From contig JBBRXO010000002.1 in the NCBI GenBank assembly GCA_038248345.1, forward strand, positions 6,506 to 70,505: a DNA stretch of 64,000 nt, read 5' to 3'. The stretch comes from Armatimonadota bacterium (GTDB lineage: Bacteria; Armatimonadota; Hebobacteria; CAIYQO01). Positions 57,287 to 64,000 of this stretch are shown here, in pieces. A program made the translations under genes and the position numbers. Numbering within the stretch: the stretch's first letter is position 1; every line of letters begins with the position of its first letter. The notes under the pieces were generated by a model, which worked only from the letters and a program-made list of their open reading frames with translations, had not been told where the DNA came from and made no database searches.

Positions 57287-57955
57287 ATGATATCTCGTCA
57301 TCTAGACCGTAGTATGGAAAAACTGAAAAAAATGATTTTGGAGCTGAGTGCCGCCGTGGAACAGGATGTGCAAATGGCGGTGCAAGCTGTGAGCGAGCGC
57401 AGCCCGCGCCTGGCGCAACAGGTGATCGACAGCGATAATGATATCGACAAGCTGGAGGTGGATATCGAAGAGGAATGTCTGCAAATCCTCGCCCTCCATC
57501 AACCGGTAGCCATAGACCTGCGTTTCGTCATCTCCGTACTCAAAATTAATAATGATCTGGAACGCGTCGGAGATGAAGCGGTAAATATCGCCGAACGCGC
57601 CTTATATCTGGCACACAGCCAGGTATTTGAGATACCTTTCGACTTCACCATCATGCTGGAAAAAACGAAACTGATGCTCCAGCATTCACTTGATGCGCTG
57701 ATGGATATGAATGCCAAACTGGCGCACCAGGTAGGTGCACAGGATGAAGAAATTGATGAGTTGAACCGACAGATGTACGCCTATGTACAGGATAGCATCC
57801 GTGCCCAGCCTGAGCATGTGGAAGCCCTCATCCACTTGCTCTCCGTCTCACGGCACCTGGAGCGCATCGCCGATTACGCCACCAACATCGCGGAAGATAT
57901 CATCTACATGATCGAAGGTGAAATCATCCGCCATAAGCCAGAAATATTCGGCTGA
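57287..57955 (+). CDS. phoU: Phosphate signalling protein PhoU
   Basis: Two PhoU repeats (E/DxxxD motifs), 222 aa, directly after pstB. Confidence 0.85.
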   Translation: MISRHLDRSMEKLKKMILELSAAVEQDVQMAVQAVSERSPRLAQQVIDSDNDIDKLEVDIEEECLQILALHQPVAIDLRFVISVLKINNDLERVGDEAVNIAERALYLAHSQVFEIPFDFTIMLEKTKLMLQHSLDALMDMNAKLAHQVGAQDEEIDELNRQMYAYVQDSIRAQPEHVEALIHLLSVSRHLERIADYATNIAEDIIYMIEGEIIRHKPEIFG

Positions 57956-57964
57956 AGTTAAAGT

Positions 57965-57995
57965 CCCAGGCATTCGCCTGGGACTTACTTTTCTA
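57965..57995. terminator. Bidirectional stem-loop between convergent phoU and the 57993..59273 gene (AAGTCCCAGGC-attc-GCCTGGGACTT)
   Basis: Perfect 11-bp stem, T-rich flank on the plus side. Confidence 0.5.
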
Positions 57996-59273
57996 TGCCG
58001 GATAGAATTTGTCTATCTCCTGTCGAGCAATATCCACCGCGCGGCGCGGCTTGTCGAGGTTACCGTGCATGGTGTAGACATCTCGCACCACGAATTCGAG
58101 CATGACGTTTTTGCCGGCAGTAAGCTCCAGCGTCTCGCGGATCTCCGCCGCCCAGGCTTCTTCATTCAATTCCACATCCAGCCCCAGTAGATTGGGATTG
58201 GGTTTGCGTGAGAAGATAATGCCAGTACCGGCAAGCTCATCTGCCATATAGCTTTGGTCGGCCCAGCGGGAGATTGACACCGCTTTGAGATTCGGCAACT
58301 TACATAGGGAGGTCGCCCAGATGGGATCCGCCGGTTCGCAACACCCCCAATATACCAGCCCGAACATCTCCGCCATATCGCGATAATACGGAAAGACAAA
58401 TTCATGGAAGAGTTCGGGGGAAACGCCTACTGTCTCCTGACTATCCATTCCGACCCACATGTCTGACAGCTTCACATGGCCGGGTTTAACTTCATTTTTG
58501 GGGAGTAGCGTGGTGAAATTGAAACAACTTCCACATGTTTGCTGGTTGCCATTGTTCAGCTCCAGTAGACCCTCCGCCTCGGCCCAGCGCGCCATGCTGA
58601 TGGCGTTATCGCGCAGATAGCCCATCAATGCGTGCAGCTTATCCGGGCAGTCGTACATGGCCATGAAGAAGGTCTCCATACTCATCAGCCGCATCATCCG
58701 CTGCGTCAGGCAGGTGTTGGCATAGACGCCAGAACGCAGTACTACCGGCAGAATATCGCCAAAAGTAACCTCCAGAAATGCCTTCTCCGCCAACGTTCCT
58801 TCCCGGTCAACACCGAAGGTAGAAGGTTTCACCATCTCGAAACCATCATCCAGATCAGTGATCGGACATTCGAAATGGTAACCAGTGGTGACCCCTTCAG
58901 CGTCCTTGGCATAGTCGGTAGGAATGTCGATACCAAATTCATTACTCCAGACGTGCCAGCTTATATCGAGAGTAGAAGGGCAGACATGGTCATCGTTGAG
59001 TAGCTCATGATGGCGAATATTGCGCAGAAAATGCGACTCCCAGCGTTTGCCATAATCTGAGGTACACTGATAGATGGAATCGGGCATGAAGTCGCGATCG
59101 AACGTCCAGGTTTCAATCACAAACGGTGGGCGTGTGCCAGGTTTGCCGTCGTTCATGTCCGTCCACATCTGCTCCCGCTGTCGCATTACCGGCATCGCAG
59201 CGATCTCCGCCTGCCTCCGGGCCAACTCACGCAAGTACGCCCGCTCGCTATCGGGGAAATAGAAATCAGTCAT
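57993..59273 (-). CDS. Hypothetical protein (possibly a URO-D/MetE-like fold enzyme; not confidently recognised)
   Basis: 426-aa ORF in an operon with glmM and dtd; no clear motif. Confidence 0.3.
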   Translation of the reverse strand: MTDFYFPDSERAYLRELARRQAEIAAMPVMRQREQMWTDMNDGKPGTRPPFVIETWTFDRDFMPDSIYQCTSDYGKRWESHFLRNIRHHELLNDDHVCPSTLDISWHVWSNEFGIDIPTDYAKDAEGVTTGYHFECPITDLDDGFEMVKPSTFGVDREGTLAEKAFLEVTFGDILPVVLRSGVYANTCLTQRMMRLMSMETFFMAMYDCPDKLHALMGYLRDNAISMARWAEAEGLLELNNGNQQTCGSCFNFTTLLPKNEVKPGHVKLSDMWVGMDSQETVGVSPELFHEFVFPYYRDMAEMFGLVYWGCCEPADPIWATSLCKLPNLKAVSISRWADQSYMADELAGTGIIFSRKPNPNLLGLDVELNEEAWAAEIRETLELTAGKNVMLEFVVRDVYTMHGNLDKPRRAVDIARQEIDKFYPA

Positions 59274-59285
59274 AGCTTCGTCCCT

Positions 59286-60644
59286 TTATACCATACTCTT
59301 TTTAACAATGTCCGCGGTCAACGGCGTCCAGTAGTCTACTTTAGCCTGGTCTAACGCCTCGATCATCACGCGTATCTTCGGCTCGGTGCCGCTGGCGCGT
59401 ACCAATATACGACCCTCGTCGCCCAGGTCGGCTTCGGCTGCGGCAATGGCGTTGGTGATGTCGGTGTGCTTTTCCCAGCCTTTCACCGAGGCTACCGTGA
59501 CGTTGATGAGCTTTTGCGGGTAGTCCTTCATTAGGTCATGGAAATGCGAGAGGGGTTTGCCGGAGGCGCGCAGCATGGAGAGCAGCAGCAGCGCCGTCAC
59601 CAGCCCGTCGCCAGTGGTGCTTTCCTGCAGGAAGATCAGATGGCCGGACTGCTCACCGCCGATGATCGCCCCACGGCGCTGCATTTCCTCCAGCACGTAG
59701 CGGTCGCCCACCTGCGTGCGCACCATCTCGATGCCCATCCCCTGCAACGCGCGCTCGAAGCCCAGGTTGCTCATCACCGTGCCCACGATGCAGTCGCACG
59801 CCAGCTTCCCTTGTTGATGCAGGATGTAGCCGGCCATCGCCATGATATGGTCGCCGTCCATCTTCTGCCCCAGCTCATCTGCCATCATCAGCCGGTCAGC
59901 ATCGCCGTCGAAGGACAGCCCGGCGTCCGCGCCCAGCTCCTTCACCTTGTTCATCACCACGTCAACGTGGGTCGCGCCGCAACCGTCATTGATATTGATG
60001 CCGTCCGGGTCGCAATGCAGCGCGGTGACCTTGGCGCCAAGTTCGCGCAGTAACTGCGGGGCAATGTGCGACACCGCGCCGTTGGCGCAGTCCACCACCA
60101 GGTGCAACCCGTGCAGCCCTTCGGGGGCCAGTTTGCGCAGGTAGTCCAGGTACTTCTCCGCGTAGCCATCAGCGGGGATCAAACGCCCGATCCCTATGCC
60201 CGTCGGGTGATCCAGATGCTCGGTAGAATTGACCTTCTCTTCGATTGCCAACTCGACGTCATCGGGCAGCTTAAAGCCTTTGTGGCTGAAGAATTTGATG
60301 CCGTTGAACTCATAGGGATTATGCGAAGCGGAGATCACCGCGCCCAGATCGACATCCAGCACCCGCGCCAGGTAGGCGATGCCTGCGGTCGGCATCACGC
60401 CCAGGTCGATGACATCCGCGCCCGCGGAGCAGAAACCCGCCGTCATCGCCGCGGCGATCATCTCGCCGGAGATGCGCGTGTCACGCCCCATCACCACGCA
60501 GGGCCGGGCATCCCCCTGCCGCCGCAACACTGTAGCTGCAGCGCGGGCGATGCGCAGACTCAGGTGTACGCTCAGCTCTTTGTTAGCCACGCCGCGCACG
60601 CCGTCAGTGCCAAACAATTCACGTTTCTTCATACTATATACCAA
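59286..60644 (-). CDS. glmM: Phosphoglucosamine mutase
   Basis: LFGTDGVRGVAN..., active-site SASHNP. Confidence 0.85.
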   Translation of the reverse strand: MVYSMKKRELFGTDGVRGVANKELSVHLSLRIARAAATVLRRQGDARPCVVMGRDTRISGEMIAAAMTAGFCSAGADVIDLGVMPTAGIAYLARVLDVDLGAVISASHNPYEFNGIKFFSHKGFKLPDDVELAIEEKVNSTEHLDHPTGIGIGRLIPADGYAEKYLDYLRKLAPEGLHGLHLVVDCANGAVSHIAPQLLRELGAKVTALHCDPDGININDGCGATHVDVVMNKVKELGADAGLSFDGDADRLMMADELGQKMDGDHIMAMAGYILHQQGKLACDCIVGTVMSNLGFERALQGMGIEMVRTQVGDRYVLEEMQRRGAIIGGEQSGHLIFLQESTTGDGLVTALLLLSMLRASGKPLSHFHDLMKDYPQKLINVTVASVKGWEKHTDITNAIAAAEADLGDEGRILVRASGTEPKIRVMIEALDQAKVDYWTPLTADIVKKSMV

Positions 60645-60727
60645 TCTTTCATGGGTGAAATACTCACCCGATAATAACTTCTCTTATTGTTATTCTCTCT
60701 CCGCACAGGTTTTTCCTGCAGGAATAT

Positions 60728-61174
60728 TTAACGCTCCGGCGTCTCCACCAGCAACGTCACCGGGCCATCATTGGTCAACGTCACCGACATGTGCGCCTGG
60801 AAGACGCCCCTTGCTGTATATATTCCATATCCAGCCAGCAACTCGCAGAACAACTCATACAGCCGATTCGCCTCCTCCGGCCCCGCTGCATCAGTAAAAG
60901 ATGGCCGCCGCCCCATGCGCGCGTCGCCGTAGAGGGTGAATTGTGATACCACCAGCGCGGATCCACCGGTCTCCAGCAGGCTCAGATTCATCTTCCCCTG
61001 CGCGTCGGTAAAGATGCGCAAATTAGCCACCTTCTCCGCCAGCCAGACAGCCTCAGCAGTGTCGTCCCCCTGCCCCACTCCCAACAAAACCAGCAACCCA
61101 GCCTCGATCTCGCCGACGACCACGCCGTCAACCTCCACCTTCGCCACAGAAACCCGCTGCACCAACGTCCGCAT
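60728..61174 (-). CDS. dtd: D-aminoacyl-tRNA deacylase
   Basis: [17 protein letters not shown]... and SQFTLYGD motif, 148 aa. Confidence 0.8.
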   Translation of the reverse strand: MRTLVQRVSVAKVEVDGVVVGEIEAGLLVLLGVGQGDDTAEAVWLAEKVANLRIFTDAQGKMNLSLLETGGSALVVSQFTLYGDARMGRRPSFTDAAGPEEANRLYELFCELLAGYGIYTARGVFQAHMSVTLTNDGPVTLLVETPER

Positions 61175-61210
61175 GATATTACCTCGTGATGATTATACGA
61201 TATTTGTGAT

Positions 61211-61418
61211 TAGGTTCCAACGAGGCTATTGTCTTAGAACCTTGATTCACCTGATTAGAGGATTAGCATAAGGATATTGCCTCTGCTGTTGGATAGCGCA
61301 TAATTGAATGTAGGTAAAAACATTACTGCAGAGGCTATCCAACAGTGTAGACAAATAGCGCAGCAATAAATCCTTTAATCAGGCGAATCAAGGTTCTAAG
61401 ACAATGAAGGCGTTCCCA
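61211..61418. repeat. About 200-bp nested inverted-repeat element (outer arms about 45 nt, ...attgtcttagaaccttgattcRcctgattaRaggatt; inner arms ctgctgttggatagc / gctatccaacag)
   Basis: Read directly from the sequence; lies in the divergent gap between dtd and the FGE pseudogene. Confidence 0.6.
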
Positions 61419-61598
61419 GGGAGTTATATACCCCCCATTTTTAACGCGCCACGGCGGGCGCGGGCTACAACTCTTTGTACGCCGCCGTCCCTATTTTCTA
61501 TTTTCTACTTTCTACTTCCTCTCGCCCCCCATTGCCGAACCCCCACCATAAGATGAATCATCAGCCAAATACTATTCTAGAAATGGAGGAACCATACC

Positions 61599-62662
61599 AT
61601 GCAATTCCGAACTCTGCTGACCATCGCTCTGCCTCGCCAGTGCCCTCGCCTGGGGAGCCACAGCTCCGACGATCACCACCTGCGTTATCGAAGATAGGTC
61701 ATTCGGACGAGTAGCGCTAATATCAGGAACAACCTCAGTGGGGTGAAGGAAGTTAAATTCAATGAGTTTGCCACCGTTCATATCGTTAATAACGCCACCT
61801 CATTGTCTACTATTGTTCCTGCGGATGTCATCTACAAGGATTACACCATCACCCTTATCTCACAGGATGGAACTGCAACCGCAACTGTCAAACCGCCAGT
61901 GAACTATAACTGAGTAGACGGTGCCGAGATGATCTGGGTACCCGGCGCTACCTTCACCATGGGAAGTGCTGATGGTGTAGGTTTCGCTGATGAACACCCC
62001 GCTCAACAGGTCACCCTCTCCAGCTACTGGATATACAAATATGATGTCACTGTAGCACAGTATCGCACCTTCTGTGTCGCCACCGGGCGGGCGATGCCAC
62101 AGTGGCCAGGTGATGGCTATAGTTGGAAAAATAAAAAGAGCTGGGAGCACGACGATTTACAACAAAACCCCATCGTCAATGTCAGTTGGAACGATGCCAA
62201 AGCCTACGCCGAGTGGGCGGGAGTGAAACTACCCACTGAAGCACAATGGGAATACGCCGCCCGTGGGCCGAAAGGCAACAACAACCCAAGGGCGGTAATG
62301 CTACAAAAGATGACCGCTACAACGGGTGGGATGCGACAAAGTGTGCTAACAGCAAAAACTCACATCAAGTTGGTATGAGCACCTGGTCGGTTGGCAGTTT
62401 CCCCGTGGGTGGCAGCTGGTGCGGGGCGCAGGATATGGCGGGTAATGTCTGGCAGTGGTGTGAGGACTGGTATGGCGCTAACTCCGCCACCCTTGGCAAT
62501 GACCCAACAGGGCCGGTAAGTGGCAAATACCGCGTGTTACGAAGGCGGTTCGTGACTTACATCCGCAACGACTACCGTGGCGCGTATCGCGTCGAGTCTC
62601 GCCCTGATGAGGGTGTCTTCTTCTTCGGCTTCCGTTGTGCATCAACTGCGCCGGGGCCGTAG
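61599..62662 (+). pseudogene. Formylglycine-generating-enzyme (FGE-sulfatase / SUMF1) family gene disrupted by at least one frameshift (near 62280-62300, in an aacaacaaccc run) and further frame breaks in the signal-peptide/N-terminal region
   Basis: Track ORFs 61929..62378 and 62246..62662 carry consecutive halves of the FGE domain (...WEYAARGPKGNN | ...GSFPVGGSWCGAQDMAGNVWQWCEDWY...GFRCA) in different frames. Confidence 0.55.
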
Positions 62663-62664
62663 TC

Positions 62665-63047
62665 TAAACCCAGATTTACTGGATTTGAAGGAAGGCATCG
62701 TTCGCTGGCAGAGTGCCTACGGCAAGGATAAGATCAAAATGGTGGTCACCGACCGTGGCTTCGACGGTGAGGATTCGCGAAATGCGCTGGCGGAAGCGGG
62801 TATCGGCAATGGTATGTGCCCGCGCAGCCCAAATCTGCTGGCAGATAAGTTGGCCGATCCGGTCTTTCGCGAGTTGCAACGTCGCCGCAGCCAGACCGAA
62901 GGACGCATCGCCATCATCAAAAACAACTTTTTAGACGGCAGATTGAGTACAAAATGGCATGAGAATCACGAAACCGAGGTAGCCTGGGCGATCCTATCGC
63001 ACAATCTATGGGTGCTAGCCCGCCTTCCGACAGTCAGAAAGCAATAA
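62665..63047 (+). mobile_element. 3' fragment of an IS5-like (DDE) transposase gene
   Basis: ...VVTDRGFDGEDSRNALAEAGIG...QTEGRIAIIKNNF...WAILSHNLWVLARL resembles the C-terminal DDE/K-containing part of IS4/IS5-family transposases; no N-terminal half present. Confidence 0.45.
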
Positions 63048-63557
63048 CCGAGGGTCGGAAACGGAAAATAGAATAGAAATCAGACACAAAAAGCGCCAAA
63101 CCAAAGGCGCTGTTGATGAAACACGCCTATCCGGCGGTAAAAACTGGAATATTGGGCATAAGCAAGCCATTTTGGGGATGGCGAGCTTAAAAATAAGCCA
63201 AAATTAAACAACTCGCCACCCCCAAACGAATCCCAAGGTGGGGACTCTGGGACAGTGCCTAGGGACGACAAACAGCAGAAAACTAAAAATTATTATTTTG
63301 AGTTTTAGTGATGTGCAGGGCGTCCGTTTATTTTCCTGCCACCTTTGTAGCGATAACGTTAACCAATGTGAGGTGATAGCAAACCTCATTAGCGCTGAAA
63401 TAGAAATGAACTGATGCCCAGCATCGTCTCATTTTTTGACAAAATGCACCAAAAACCGGTAAGCTAAGGTATCTTTTGCATTTTTGGCAGGACAAACACG
63501 TTCGTGCTGGAAAATAGTAATGGGAAATCGAAAGAAATCCGACGGAGGATAGAAATT

Positions 63558-64000
63558 ATGGTAACTGTTTACTACGACAATGATGCGGATCTGAAATTGC
63601 TCGCGGGCAAAAAAGTCGCGATCATTGGCTATGGCGCTCAAGGGCGCTGCCAGGCGCTAAACCTGCGCGACAGCGGTGTTGACGTTATCGTCTCGGAATT
63701 ACCCGGCACGGTGAACTATGCCCAGGCGGTGGAAGACGGCTTCACCCCGGTAACCGCTATCGAAGCGGCCAAAGAGGGAACCCTAATCCAGATGCTGGTG
63801 CAGGATCACGTGCAGCCGATCGTGTACAAAGCGATTCTGGAGCACCTGGGCAAAGGCAAAACGCTCATCTTCTCCCACGGTTTCAACATCCATTACAACC
63901 AGATTCTGCCGGCTGCTGATGTAGACGTCTTCATGGTCGCTCCGAAGAGCCCGGGCACCCTGGTACGCAGCGAATACGAAGCCGGCCGCGGCGTCCCCTG
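63558..64000 (+). CDS. ilvC: Ketol-acid reductoisomerase (5' part; continues beyond the window)
   Basis: My own translation: MVTVYYDNDADLKLLAGKKVAIIGYGAQGRCQALNLRDSG...; GGAGG RBS; not in the ORF track because it is open at the window edge. Confidence 0.85.
   Translation, partial: MVTVYYDNDADLKLLAGKKVAIIGYGAQGRCQALNLRDSGVDVIVSELPGTVNYAQAVEDGFTPVTAIEAAKEGTLIQMLVQDHVQPIVYKAILEHLGKGKTLIFSHGFNIHYNQILPAADVDVFMVAPKSPGTLVRSEYEAGRGVP

Overview
This 64 kb window is GC-rich (about 58-60%), gene-dense bacterial chromosome, probably from a diderm organism: it has a secretin, an outer-membrane porin whose sequence ends in Phe, and a phosphate-porin/pst locus. Several genes look Firmicutes-like (DUF881, Sbp, Cu-amine-oxidase-N domain, PhoP-type TT(A/C)ACA boxes) and there is a DUF1559 prepilin-like gene. 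This mixture fits something like Armatimonadota or another deep diderm lineage, but I cannot confirm that without a database search.

Main content, in order along the window:
- (minus) a seven-gene type IV pilus operon: a 906-aa Ig/LysM/Cu-amine-oxidase-N envelope protein, then pilM, pilN, pilO, a pilP-like gene, a 1107-aa multi-N-domain secretin pilQ, a lipoprotein and pilB. The pilN reading frame is interrupted by a single in-frame TAG.
- hisC.
- amt-glnK nitrogen module.
- iorAB, a DUF1559 prepilin-like gene interrupted by a single in-frame TAA, then paaK (aryl-pyruvate to aryl-acetate module).
- dgt-like HD hydrolase plus a small P-loop protein.
- NlpC/P60, radA, osmC-like, fhs.
- ddl-ftsQ-DUF881-sbp cell-division fragment.
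- DUF58, ygiQ radical SAM, vapBC, pepF.
- a LuxR-type response regulator and a HisKA_3 sensor kinase, split by a divergent FetAB-like ABC exporter.
- metallophosphoesterase; an RfaE-domain-II::GmhA fusion.
- porin-pstSCAB-phoU preceded by PhoP-like direct-repeat boxes.
- glmM, dtd.
- a frameshifted formylglycine-generating-enzyme (FGE) family pseudogene next to an IS5-like transposase fragment.
- the 5' end of ilvC.

The most unusual thing is how much structured, repetitive intergenic DNA there is:
- a double-hairpin element in three copies;
- a second modular hairpin-repeat family in at least six copies, including an inverted pair;
- a roughly 130-150 nt conserved element ending in tandem CTTGRAA heptamers directly upstream of the start codons of paaK, osmC and fhs, with a related array upstream of radA;
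- other heptamer/octamer arrays upstream of the PHP gene and the sensor kinase;
- two large palindromes of about 110-200 bp.

No rRNA, tRNA or CRISPR array was found.
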